The notes under the pieces were generated by a model, which did not search any database, was not told where the DNA came from, and saw only the letters and a list, made by a program, of their open reading frames with translations. From NCBI GenBank assembly GCA_016934855.1, contig JAFGSA010000052.1, positions 6,220 to 70,219 on the forward strand: a stretch of 64,000 nucleotides of DNA, in the 5' to 3' direction. Of the stretch, positions 45,045-54,568 are shown one piece after another. Within the stretch, counting starts at the first letter, position 1. Each line of letters begins with the position of its first letter. The DNA is from Elusimicrobiota bacterium (GTDB lineage Bacteria > CG03 > SLGR01 > JAFGSA01). A program made the position numbers and the translations under genes.

Positions 45045-46537
45045 GAAAAAACGAATACAGGGATTCTGTTTTTCTCATGCAGATATCCGCGGACCTGGAA
45101 AAAGCCGAGGGCATGCTGTCAGCCTCCCTCATGATGGGGACTCCGGCCAATAAAGACATCCTGAGGCATAGCGGCCTTCTCACCGAAAAAGGAGAAACTG
45201 CGGCGGAAAACGATCTTATAATAGCCCTGGAGGCGGATTCGGAGAAAGCACTGGACGGGGTTTTGAATACCATAGATTCAAGGTTCGAACCTTCCCTGCG
45301 AGACGAAGGAAATGCCGGCTTTTACCCTGCCAGCATAGATTCCGCACTGGGAGCGCTGGACGCTAATTTCGCTCTTATATCCGTACCGGGTGAATATGCC
45401 GCCAGGGAAACCGCGATCGCCCTGGACAGGGGCCTGAATGTCATGATATTCTCGGACAACGTGAGTATTGATGACGAGGTGAACTTGAAAAACAGGGCCC
45501 GTCTTAAAGATCTTCTTCTTATGGGTCCCGACTGCGGGACGGCGATAATAAACGGCGTGCCACTGGGATTTGCCAACCGGGTGCAGCGGGGAGATATCGG
45601 TCTTGTAGCCGCTTCCGGATCGGGACTCCAGGAAGTTACCGTTAATATATGCAAACAGGGATGCGGCATAACCCACGCAATAGGCACCGGCGGCAGGGAT
45701 ATCTCAAAACAGGTCGGCGCGGCGACGCTTATGAAAGGCATAGATATTCTTGATGAAGACGGGAATACTAAAGTGATGGTCATCTTATCCAAACCGCCCC
45801 ATCCGGAAGTCCTTAAAAAAATACTAAAACGCCTGGAGAACGTATCTAAACCCGTAGTAGCGTGTTTCCTCGGGTCCAGGGAGAAGAAAAAAATGAAGGG
45901 AGTCGTATTCACGGACACGCTGGAAGAAGCCGCCGTTGCGGCCTCGTGCCTGTCCAGGGGAGAGAAGATTGTCCTTCCCGAGTTCACGGTCAACGGCATC
46001 GAAGACCTCATCCTCAGGACGAAGGAAAAGACGGAAAAATCCGGGAAATACATCAGGGGGCTTTATGCGGGCGGCACGCTCTGCGACGAGGCTATAGATA
46101 TACTGAGAAAATACGGAATCATGGCTTATTCCAACGCGGGATCGGAGGAAAAATACAAACTTAGCGATCCTGATAAAAGCAGGGAGCATTCGCTGATAGA
46201 TATGGGAGACGATACGTACACGAGGGGAAAACCGCATCCCATGATAGACCTCACCGCGAGGAATAAAAGGATCGCCCTGGAAGCGAAACAGGATCAGGTC
46301 GGCGCGATCCTTTTCGATATTGTCCTGGGTTACGGGGCAAATGCAGATCCAGCGCAGGCCATGAGGGGTACGCTCGAATCAATAAAAGGTGAGAAGATAA
46401 TGATAGCAAGCGTATGCGGCACGAACCGCGACATCCAGGATTATTCAAAACAGGTAAAAACACTCGAAGACTGCGGCGTCATCGTTCTGCCAACGAATGC
46501 GCAGGCCGCCAGGTTCGCCGCCAGGATAATAAAGTGA
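45020..46537 (+). CDS. fdrA: FdrA-family protein (succinyl-CoA-synthetase-alpha-like CoA-binding/ligase fold)
   Basis: Close collinear similarity to E. coli FdrA: DSVFLMQIS...MMGTPANKDIL...LISVPGEYAA...MIFSDNVSIDDE...GPDCGTAIINGVPLGFAN...HPMID. Confidence 0.85.
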   Translation: MGFKKNIIRKNEYRDSVFLMQISADLEKAEGMLSASLMMGTPANKDILRHSGLLTEKGETAAENDLIIALEADSEKALDGVLNTIDSRFEPSLRDEGNAGFYPASIDSALGALDANFALISVPGEYAARETAIALDRGLNVMIFSDNVSIDDEVNLKNRARLKDLLLMGPDCGTAIINGVPLGFANRVQRGDIGLVAASGSGLQEVTVNICKQGCGITHAIGTGGRDISKQVGAATLMKGIDILDEDGNTKVMVILSKPPHPEVLKKILKRLENVSKPVVACFLGSREKKKMKGVVFTDTLEEAAVAASCLSRGEKIVLPEFTVNGIEDLILRTKEKTEKSGKYIRGLYAGGTLCDEAIDILRKYGIMAYSNAGSEEKYKLSDPDKSREHSLIDMGDDTYTRGKPHPMIDLTARNKRIALEAKQDQVGAILFDIVLGYGANADPAQAMRGTLESIKGEKIMIASVCGTNRDIQDYSKQVKTLEDCGVIVLPTNAQAARFAARIIK

Positions 46538-46538
46538 C

Positions 46539-47927
46539 ATGGATTTAAACAAGCGCCTTAAAGTGATAAATATCGGGCTTGAAGGCTTTATTGGAGCTTT
46601 CAGGGACACGGGGACCGAGTATCTCAACCTGAACTGGCGTCCTCCCCTGGTATCCCCTGACCTTCTGAAGAAGATCGATTTGCTCAGGGCGTCCGAAAAA
46701 GTCGCAAAGGCAAACAACGAGGCTTTCAAGAGGCTTAATGATTCCGAACCCGTTCTGATAGATGTCGTGCAGGCAAAAGAAGCGGTCGAAGGAATGAAGG
46801 ATAAAACCATATTCCACGCCGGACCGCCGGTAAGGTGGGAAGACATGTGCGGGCCCGTAAAGGGCGCGGTCATGGGCGCATGCATATACGAGGGCTGGGC
46901 CCGCGACCTCGGCGAGGCCGAAAGCCTCTGCTCTTCCGGCAAGATAAGCTTCTCGCCCTGTCACCATCACCGCGCCGTAGGCCCCATGGCCGGGATACTC
47001 AGCCCTTCCATGTACGTATGGGCCGTAGAAAACCGCACGTACGGGAACAGGGCTTACTGCTCCCTGAACGAGGGGCTGGGAAAGGTCCTTCGGTTCGGGG
47101 CAAACGGCGCAGATGTCATATCGAGGCTGAAATGGATGGAAAATGTGCTGGGGCCCAGCCTGAAGAAAGCGGTTGCGGCCTCCGAAAACGGGATAAATAT
47201 TTCAAGCATAACCGCGCAGGCCCTCCAGATGGGTGACGAATGCCATAACCGCAATGTCGCCGCCACCGGTCTTCTGCTGAAAACCCTGACACAGCTTCTG
47301 CTGAAAGTCATCGACGATACGGAACTGATACTTGAACTTGTACGGTTCATAGATTCAAACCCCCATTTTTACCTTAATCTTTCTATGGCCGCATGCAAAT
47401 CAGTGACCGATGCCGTTTTCGGACTCAAGCATTCGACAATCGTCTCCGCGATGGCCCGCAACGGTACCGAGATAGGCATCCGTGTCGCAGGCTGCATGGA
47501 TAAATGGTTCACTTCTCCGGCCGGCATACCCGAAGGTCTTTTTTTCCCCGGGTTTTCGCAGGAAGATGCGAACCCTGACCTGGGAGATTCCACCGTAAGC
47601 GAGGTGGCAGGCATAGGAGGTTTCGCCATGGCTTCGGCGCCGGCTATAGTCAAGTTCGTGGGCGGTTCTCCCCGGGACGCGGTAGAGTGCACCCTGCAGA
47701 TGGGACAGATATGTCACGGGAAAAACACGAGATATCAGATACCTCAGCTGAATTTCGCCGGCACTCCGACCGGGATAGACATAACGAAGGTAATAGAAAC
47801 CGGAATAACCCCTTTTATCAATACGGGTATAGCCCACAGGAAACCCGGGATAGGCCAGGTCGGCGCCGGTATCCTCAGGGCGCCTATGGATTGCTTTATC
47901 GAAGCGCTGAAATATATTAAAATATAG
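46539..47927 (+). CDS. DUF1116/YlbE-like protein
   Basis: 462 aa, translationally coupled to fdrA, with layout and motifs of the YlbE family. Confidence 0.65.
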   Translation: MDLNKRLKVINIGLEGFIGAFRDTGTEYLNLNWRPPLVSPDLLKKIDLLRASEKVAKANNEAFKRLNDSEPVLIDVVQAKEAVEGMKDKTIFHAGPPVRWEDMCGPVKGAVMGACIYEGWARDLGEAESLCSSGKISFSPCHHHRAVGPMAGILSPSMYVWAVENRTYGNRAYCSLNEGLGKVLRFGANGADVISRLKWMENVLGPSLKKAVAASENGINISSITAQALQMGDECHNRNVAATGLLLKTLTQLLLKVIDDTELILELVRFIDSNPHFYLNLSMAACKSVTDAVFGLKHSTIVSAMARNGTEIGIRVAGCMDKWFTSPAGIPEGLFFPGFSQEDANPDLGDSTVSEVAGIGGFAMASAPAIVKFVGGSPRDAVECTLQMGQICHGKNTRYQIPQLNFAGTPTGIDITKVIETGITPFINTGIAHRKPGIGQVGAGILRAPMDCFIEALKYIKI

Positions 47928-47943
47928 ATTGAAAGGAGAAAAA

Positions 47944-48708
47944 ATGAAAATCTACGATCTTACACAGAGACTCAGTATCCACACTCCGCCGTGGCCGAGC
48001 TATATGCCCCTGGGAATACAGTATTTCAAGAGGATAGCCGGGGCTCACATGGGGCAGGGCGCGAGCGGGCAGATAATCAAGACATCCAACCACGTCGGGA
48101 CCCATATCGACGGAGAGATCCATTTCCACGCCTCGGGAAGAGCTATAGGAGAAATGACGCTGGAAGAACTCTGCGGCGAAGGCGTCGTGGTAGACATATC
48201 CGGCGAGGTCGGGGACTACGACCTGTACTCTCCGGAGCTCCTGGAAAGCAGGGCCGAAATAAAGAAAGGCGATATACTCATTATCAACACCGGTTATCAC
48301 AGGTACGCCTGGGACCAGAAGGATTCGGACGAACTCCGCTATTTCGTAAAACATCCTGGACCCGGCCCGGGTTTCCACGAATGGGCGCTCAAGATGAAAT
48401 TCAAATGGATAGGCGTCGACTGCGGAAGCGCTGATCACCCGATGAACACCATATTAAAGGACTGGCATCCCCGGCTATTCAGGGAAGCGGAGAAGAAACT
48501 CGGGAAGCCATGGGAAGAAGTCTTTCCGCCTCAGGAGTATTACCAGGTCATGCATCTAAAGCTGTTCCCCAAAGGGCTGATACACGCGGAAAATCTCGGA
48601 GGAGATATTGATAAACTCTCCAATAAAAGGACCTGGATAGGGTGTTTCCCGTGGAGGGCCATAGAACTGGAATCCAGTATCTGCAGGATAGTGTCGTTTG
48701 AATTCTAG
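47944..48708 (+). CDS. cyclase-family protein (kynurenine formamidase / arylformamidase-like, PF04199)
   Basis: The HxGTHxD metal motif (NHVGTHIDGEIHF) and cyclase fold. The ATG at 47944 lies 5 nt after the SD AAAGGAG. Confidence 0.75.
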   Translation: MKIYDLTQRLSIHTPPWPSYMPLGIQYFKRIAGAHMGQGASGQIIKTSNHVGTHIDGEIHFHASGRAIGEMTLEELCGEGVVVDISGEVGDYDLYSPELLESRAEIKKGDILIINTGYHRYAWDQKDSDELRYFVKHPGPGPGFHEWALKMKFKWIGVDCGSADHPMNTILKDWHPRLFREAEKKLGKPWEEVFPPQEYYQVMHLKLFPKGLIHAENLGGDIDKLSNKRTWIGCFPWRAIELESSICRIVSFEF

Positions 48709-48721
48709 AAAGGAAGGAATC

Positions 48722-49477
48722 ATGGAAATAGACAAAAGCGTAGAATATCACATTGCGATGAAAAAAGGCGATATAGGGAAATATGTGCTTCTTCCGGGAG
48801 ACCCCGGGAGGGTGGAAAAGATAGCCTCCTATTTCGACGAAGCGAAAGAAGTGGCTTTCAACAGGGAATACCGGACGTTTACAGGAACAGTAAACGGCAT
48901 AAGGATATCGGCTACATCGACGGGCATAGGATGCCCTTCCACCGCGATATGCGTCGAAGAGCTCGCCAAGATAGGCGGCGAAGTCTTCATAAGGATAGGA
49001 ACGGCGGGTTCCCTGCAGAAAGAAGTGGACCTGGGCGATGTGGTGATATCTACCGCGGCTGTCCGTGAAGAAGGAACCACGCGCCAGTACGTTCCCCTTT
49101 CGTTCCCGGCCGTTGCAGATATAAACGTGACCAATGCGCTCATAGAAGCCGCCTCCAATCTGGGGGTCACAGCGCATCCCGGCATAACTCACTGCAAGGA
49201 TGCTTTCTACACGGAAGGCAATTCCGAACTGCCTCTCGCGAAAGAAAACGCAGAGAAATGGGAAGCCTGGTACAAGTCCCGTGTTCTCGCGACATCAATG
49301 GAAAGTGCCGCACTGTTCATAGTGTCTCACCTCAAAAGAAAGCTGGCCGGAGAGGTCCTCGCCATAATAGGTAAAACTTACGAGGACAAGCCGATAGAGA
49401 AAAAAGTCGGGGTGGATGAGGCTATAAAGGTAGCTATCGAGGCGGTAAAGATACTTGACAAAAAGCTAAAAATTTAG
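48722..49477 (+). CDS. nucleoside phosphorylase (PNP/UDP family I; DeoD/Udp-like)
   Basis: GDPGRVEKIA...TSTGIGCPSTAI...RIGTAGSL...ESAALF motifs. SD GGAAGGAA precedes the ATG. Confidence 0.85.
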   Translation: MEIDKSVEYHIAMKKGDIGKYVLLPGDPGRVEKIASYFDEAKEVAFNREYRTFTGTVNGIRISATSTGIGCPSTAICVEELAKIGGEVFIRIGTAGSLQKEVDLGDVVISTAAVREEGTTRQYVPLSFPAVADINVTNALIEAASNLGVTAHPGITHCKDAFYTEGNSELPLAKENAEKWEAWYKSRVLATSMESAALFIVSHLKRKLAGEVLAIIGKTYEDKPIEKKVGVDEAIKVAIEAVKILDKKLKI

Positions 49478-49491
49478 TAAATTAAAGTGAT

Positions 49492-49526
49492 GCGTCGGTG
49501 TTTCCCCCCAATACCGACGCTCTTTT
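49492..49526 (+). terminator. rho-independent terminator after the nucleoside phosphorylase gene
   Basis: GCGTCGGTgtttccccccaatACCGACGC 8-bp stem followed by TCTTTT. Confidence 0.6.
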
Positions 49527-49559
49527 ACCCCCCCTTACAAACTGTTAGAGCCGGTACTG

Positions 49560-49979
49560 TCAAAACGCTCTATTTTCAAGAAAATCGAGAATTATGTCCT
49601 TATGGTCGAACGCCATATCATCGGGAATACTGTCTTTATCGAACAACCCTATTCTTTCCGCATCCGAAGCGGCGGCCGGGCTGCCTTTGCCGGCGGCTGA
49701 AAAGACCACGGAAATGCTGTGAAACCTGCTGTCCCTGGACGGATCGGAATATGCATGGAACTGTGACAGTCCTTCGAGCTCCATCCCCGTCTCTTCCCTG
49801 GCTTCTCTCCTTGCAGCATCCTCGAGCGTCTCTCCTTTTTCGACGAATCCGCCGGGCAGAGCCCATCCCATGGGAGGGTACTTCCTGCGCACGAGCAGTA
49901 TTTTATCTCCTACACGTATTATTACATCAATCGTGCAGAGCGGGAAAGGAGAATTCCTTAGGTCCTTGAAATCAGGCAT
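49560..49979 (-). CDS. NUDIX hydrolase
   Basis: Nudix box GGFVEKGETLEDAARREAREETG. Confidence 0.85.
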   Translation of the reverse strand: MPDFKDLRNSPFPLCTIDVIIRVGDKILLVRRKYPPMGWALPGGFVEKGETLEDAARREAREETGMELEGLSQFHAYSDPSRDSRFHSISVVFSAAGKGSPAAASDAERIGLFDKDSIPDDMAFDHKDIILDFLENRAF

Positions 49980-49984
49980 CCGCG

Positions 49985-51940
49985 TCAGAGCTCATACAGG
50001 GAATACCTGCCGTCGGAATATATCTTCTTCCCGGCGGCCGAGGTTAGTCTCCCGAGCATCTCCCTTACATACTCGTTATAATAGTCGTCATGATACTTCC
50101 CGAGCCTCTCAATATTGTCATCGTTCACGAGCATGTGAGTTATACCCAGCCTGCCTGCTTCCTTTAAAAAAGAATCCATGCCGCCGGCCTTATCGGCAAT
50201 TTCGACGAACGGCTCCCTCGAGAATTCCCCCGGGTATATCGCTTCCCTGTCGATATAAAATGACCTTTTTTCCGCCACCAGGAGTATCTTCGAGCTGCCG
50301 GGCGTATTTTTATTTATAAATTCGGCGGCGTGGTACTGGGGTGTTCTTGATTCAAGGAAGGTCCCGGCGTCCTCATATCCCATTACGAAATCCACGCTGC
50401 CCGAGACATCAAGCCAGGGCCAGATCGTATGAAAATTAGCGCATATAGACAGCAGAAATACGATCATTACGAACTGGTAGAAATATTTCATCTGCCCGTA
50501 GAGATTGACTATTACATAAGCTGTAATTATGCTTAAAATCGGTATGAGCGGATATATAAAGACCATATTTCTGCCCGCAACCGTGTAAATTATCAGATAA
50601 ACAGCCAGGCAGGCAAGAAATACCCTTATGGTGCTCCCTATCTCCCTTACAAGTATTATGGCGGGCAGGAAGAGAATATATACCAGCCCCATGTAATACA
50701 GATTCGACCCTGCCGCTTTATCCAGATATATGTACCACAGAGGGTACAGGTATCCCCATAGACTTTTTATCCCTTCCATATAAAGCGCGCTGTTCTTTCC
50801 GATCCTGTCGGCAAAAAAAGGAAAGACCGGGTTCGAAGCCAATACCAGGTTCTTTATAAAAACAGGCACGAGCATGACGAAAAACGGGATGACAAAATAG
50901 AGCATCTTTCTTGCCGACTGCTGGTAGTTTCTCTGCTTATCGCGGGTATAGAGCCTGTACAGCACCATTATCATGATCACAAGCGGTATAAAAAGGGAAT
51001 AGAACCCCCAGGACAGCGATAAAGCGGCAAATATACCCGAAAGGACCAGCCATTCGCTCCTCGGTCCCGAGTCATACTCCGCGTTCCCCATCCAGCAGAC
51101 ATAGGAATAAAAAGCCATGAAGGAGAAAAACATGTTCCCTATGGCAGCATGGTCATCAAGGAAAAGCCTGTACGTCAGCGGCGTGAAGATAGCTATGGTC
51201 GTAGCAAAAAGCGCTATCTTGCGGTGAAAGAATTTCCTGGTCATGGAATACACGGATACGGCGATAAGCAGGATAAAAAGAAATGTGACGAGTCTAGCCG
51301 TGTAAGGACCGTATAGCATGAGCCCCAATACATACAGCATTGTCATACCGCACGGGAGATCCGCCATGTAGTTATACGGGATACCGTAAATGCCTCCGTG
51401 TATCACATATCTTCTTGCTATGTCAAGCGATACCGAAAACTCTCCGTCGCCCGCGGGAAGCGTTATCGAGCCGATAAACGAGACTGCCAGGCCCACGACG
51501 ATGATTATCAGGAACAATGCCCCGATGAAGGAAAACCTGTTCTGGGAATACGTGCGCCATTTATCCGACAGGGACTTTCCCCAGGAATGAAGGTCTTTTG
51601 CGGTCAGGAAGATCATCAGTAAAAGCGCGGAATACAGGGCTATCCGGTTATACATGTGTAAAGCGCCAAGAACAAGCATAACCAGGTATAGCGCCCCCAG
51701 GCCCAGACCCATGCTGACGCTAACATCTTCAATAAATGTCACCGGTTTTACATCGAGCAGTCTTCTCATCCTGCTTCCGAGGCCCAAGGCTGCAGCTATA
51801 ATCGCGGCCCAGCCCAGCAGGCTCCCGCCCAGGTGAAGAATCGCCCATAAAGTCCCGGACACGAAGCCGTAAAACACCGCTACTGCCCATAATACGAACC
51901 CGTACAGGAGCACATTCCTGAGCTTATTGATATTTATCAC
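49985..51940 (-). CDS. large polytopic membrane protein, putative GT-C-type glycosyltransferase (ArnT/PMT-like)
   Basis: 651 aa with more than 12 predicted TM helices and a C-terminal soluble domain. The family assignment is tentative. Confidence 0.45.
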   Translation of the reverse strand: MININKLRNVLLYGFVLWAVAVFYGFVSGTLWAILHLGGSLLGWAAIIAAALGLGSRMRRLLDVKPVTFIEDVSVSMGLGLGALYLVMLVLGALHMYNRIALYSALLLMIFLTAKDLHSWGKSLSDKWRTYSQNRFSFIGALFLIIIVVGLAVSFIGSITLPAGDGEFSVSLDIARRYVIHGGIYGIPYNYMADLPCGMTMLYVLGLMLYGPYTARLVTFLFILLIAVSVYSMTRKFFHRKIALFATTIAIFTPLTYRLFLDDHAAIGNMFFSFMAFYSYVCWMGNAEYDSGPRSEWLVLSGIFAALSLSWGFYSLFIPLVIMIMVLYRLYTRDKQRNYQQSARKMLYFVIPFFVMLVPVFIKNLVLASNPVFPFFADRIGKNSALYMEGIKSLWGYLYPLWYIYLDKAAGSNLYYMGLVYILFLPAIILVREIGSTIRVFLACLAVYLIIYTVAGRNMVFIYPLIPILSIITAYVIVNLYGQMKYFYQFVMIVFLLSICANFHTIWPWLDVSGSVDFVMGYEDAGTFLESRTPQYHAAEFINKNTPGSSKILLVAEKRSFYIDREAIYPGEFSREPFVEIADKAGGMDSFLKEAGRLGITHMLVNDDNIERLGKYHDDYYNEYVREMLGRLTSAAGKKIYSDGRYSLYEL

Positions 51941-52266
51941 TATCTTATTATGCTTCCGGGAGACACGGCCTTATCCGTATGAAGCAGGACAGGCACGCCG
52001 TTTTCGTCGGCAGCGAGTATCATCCCCCGGCTCTCTATACCCCTTATCTTCCTGGGCTCGAGGTTAAGCAGCACGGGGATATACTTTCCCTGAACATCTT
52101 CGCATCTGTATACATCCGCTATTCCAGCCACCAGGACTCTTTTTTCATCCCCCAGCTCCAGCTCGAGTTTCATGAGCTTATCCGTGCCCTCTACTCTTTC
52201 GGCGGACGACACCCGGCCTATTCTTATGTCAAGTCTTTTGAACTCATCGTAATTTATCGTATCCAC
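51940..52266 (-). CDS. csaA: tRNA-binding protein (CsaA / MetRS C-terminal EMAP-like domain)
   Basis: RLDIRIGRV...GIESRGMILAA matches the tRNA_bind (PF01588) pattern. Confidence 0.8.
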   Translation of the reverse strand: MDTINYDEFKRLDIRIGRVSSAERVEGTDKLMKLELELGDEKRVLVAGIADVYRCEDVQGKYIPVLLNLEPRKIRGIESRGMILAADENGVPVLLHTDKAVSPGSIIR

Positions 52267-52283
52267 GTCATACCTTCCTTCTG

Positions 52284-52964
52284 CTATTCGGGAATCCCGT
52301 GTCTTTTCAGCATAAGCGTTATTTCTATGTGCCCCATCGATTTTGCGATATCGGCCGCGGTCATACCGTCCTTGCTCTTTCTGTCAATATCGGCTCCGCT
52401 TGCAAGCAGCAGTTCGGCGACTTTATAAGCATCATGTTTCGCTGCCTCCATGAGCGCCGTCTTCCCGTATTCGTCCTCAGCGTTTACATCCGCCTTGTTC
52501 TTAATCAGGAGCCTGGCAACCTCAAGGGAATTATAGCCTGCCGCCACCATCAGCGCCGTACCCCCGTGGTTGGCCCTCGAATTGACGTCTGCGCCGTTTT
52601 TTATAAGGAGTTCAGCCGTTTCATACGAATTCTTCAATGCGGTCTTCATAAGAAGAGATCTACCCTCCTCGTCTTTGATATTGGTATCGGCTCCTTTGAG
52701 TATGAGGAGCTCGGCCACTTTCACCGAGTTGTTCACGGCAGCTTTGGACAGGGCGGTCTCATTGTTTCCGTATGCAGCGTTTACGTCCGCACCGTTATCT
52801 ATCAACAGCTGCGCTATTTCAGCGTGATTCAGAATGGCGGATATCATGAGCGCAGTCCGTCCTTCCTCGTCAGCCGCGTCTATATCGGCGCCTTCTTTTA
52901 TCATACGCGCCGCGTTCTCGATGTCATTCGTTATTATATATTCGTCTTTTATCCTCTGGGACAT
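52284..52964 (-). CDS. ankyrin-repeat protein
   Basis: Six ANK repeats (GRTALMISAILNHAEIAQLLIDNGADVNA...). The ATG at 52964 follows the yifB stop by 2 nt. The 5' extension in the ORF track is an artefact that overlaps yifB out of frame. Confidence 0.75.
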   Translation of the reverse strand: MSQRIKDEYIITNDIENAARMIKEGADIDAADEEGRTALMISAILNHAEIAQLLIDNGADVNAAYGNNETALSKAAVNNSVKVAELLILKGADTNIKDEEGRSLLMKTALKNSYETAELLIKNGADVNSRANHGGTALMVAAGYNSLEVARLLIKNKADVNAEDEYGKTALMEAAKHDAYKVAELLLASGADIDRKSKDGMTAADIAKSMGHIEITLMLKRHGIPE

Positions 52965-52966
52965 CG

Positions 52967-54502
52967 TCAGAATGCAGTCCCTTCGCTCAACCTGTATTGC
53001 AGCGCTTCTTCCAGGTGACCGGAAGAAACATCTTCTTTGCCTTCTATATCCGCTATGGTTCTGGCAACCTTGAGCACCTTGTTGTATCCTCTCGCGGAAA
53101 GGCCGTACGTATCTACGGCGCCGGCGAGCAGTTTTCTCGCCTGCGCGGAGATACCGCAGTATTTTTCGATCATCTTTGTGCTCATGCGGGCATTGCAGAA
53201 CACTTTTCTGTCCCTTATGAACCTTTCCGTCTGGATGTTCCTTGCGCTTACAACCCTTTCTCTTATGACGGATGAGCTTTCTCCTTTGCTGAACTGGTCT
53301 ATCTCCCTTCTTTTGAGCTGAGGGACTTCTATATGTATGTCTATCCTGTCGAGCATGGGGCCGGAAATCCTGCTTCTGTATTTCCTTATCTGCCCGGAAG
53401 AACAGCTGCAGCTCTTGCCGTCCACTCCGCTGAAACCGCAAGGACACGGATTCATGGCGGCGACAAGCATGAACCGGGCGGGATACGTAACCGTCTCCAC
53501 CGCCCTGGACACAGTGACTTCACCGTCTTCCATTGGCTGCCTCATGACCTCTATGACCCTTCTTTTGAATTCGGGAAACTCGTCCAGGAAAAGCACCCCC
53601 CTGTGCGCCAGCGATATCTCGCCTGGCCTGGGGGTTGTTCCCCCGCCTACCAGCGCAACGTCAGAAATGGTATGATGGGGCGACCTGAAAGGCCTGACCG
53701 GGAAAATAACCTGCCGCGAATCCAGCCGCCCCGTAACCGACTGTATCATCGTTACTTCGATTGCTTCCTGTATTGTGAGAGGCGGAAGTATCGTGACAAG
53801 CCTCTTGGCCAGCATCGTCTTGCCTGCGCCGGGAGGCCCGATCATAAGAACATTGTGCCCGCCGGCAGCGGCTATCTCGAAGGCTCTTTTTGCGAAATAC
53901 TGACCCTTTATATCGCTGAAATCCGCGTCATACTCGCTGTGTTTGTCGAACTCTTCTTTCTTATCGACTTTAACGGGGCTTATTTTCACGTCGCCGTTTA
54001 TATACTGTACGGCCTGTTTGAGGTCTTTTATAGGTATAACCTCTATACCGTCAACTACCGCGGCTTCCCTGGCATTGGCGCTGGGGACCAGTATCCTCCT
54101 GAACCCGTACTTTTTCAATTTCAAAGCGACGGGAAGCACCCCGAATATCTTCCTCAGGTTTCCATCGAGGGAAAGCTCTCCGGCGCAGACGATACTGTCC
54201 AGACCGTCTTTTCTTACTGCGCCCGTTGATGCAAGTATGCCGAGGGCTATCGGGAAATCAAAGGCAGAGCCTTCTTTTTTCATATCGGCAGGCGCCAGAT
54301 TTACAGTTATTTTTTTTACGGGGAACTCGTAACCGGAGTTTTTTATCGCGGCATTGACCCTGTTCTGGCTTTCAGTAACAGCTTTGTCAGGCAGGCCTAC
54401 CGTAGAATGGGAAGGAAGCCCCCTTCTTACATCGACTTCGACCGTCACGGGGAAAGCGTCGATTCCGGCTACAGCAAAACTTTTTCCTATACTTACTGTC
54501 AT
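52967..54502 (-). CDS. yifB: YifB/ComM family Mg-chelatase-like AAA+ ATPase
   Basis: N-terminal ChlI/Lon-like domain, AAA+ core (GPPGAGKT) and a C-terminal Mg_chelatase_C region. Confidence 0.9.
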   Translation of the reverse strand: MTVSIGKSFAVAGIDAFPVTVEVDVRRGLPSHSTVGLPDKAVTESQNRVNAAIKNSGYEFPVKKITVNLAPADMKKEGSAFDFPIALGILASTGAVRKDGLDSIVCAGELSLDGNLRKIFGVLPVALKLKKYGFRRILVPSANAREAAVVDGIEVIPIKDLKQAVQYINGDVKISPVKVDKKEEFDKHSEYDADFSDIKGQYFAKRAFEIAAAGGHNVLMIGPPGAGKTMLAKRLVTILPPLTIQEAIEVTMIQSVTGRLDSRQVIFPVRPFRSPHHTISDVALVGGGTTPRPGEISLAHRGVLFLDEFPEFKRRVIEVMRQPMEDGEVTVSRAVETVTYPARFMLVAAMNPCPCGFSGVDGKSCSCSSGQIRKYRSRISGPMLDRIDIHIEVPQLKRREIDQFSKGESSSVIRERVVSARNIQTERFIRDRKVFCNARMSTKMIEKYCGISAQARKLLAGAVDTYGLSARGYNKVLKVARTIADIEGKEDVSSGHLEEALQYRLSEGTAF

Positions 54503-54568
54503 TTACGGATATTTTTACTAAATATTTTTGAGTTGTGTCAATAACAGTAATTTCCGGCGTTGATCATA

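Noticed and set aside
52965-53447. N-terminal 160 codons of the 387-aa ORF 52284-53447
   Set aside because: It overlaps yifB out of frame with R/K/Q-rich junk composition. The ankyrin protein starts at the ATG at 52964.
53333-54229. 298-aa plus-strand ORF
   Set aside because: It is antisense to yifB.
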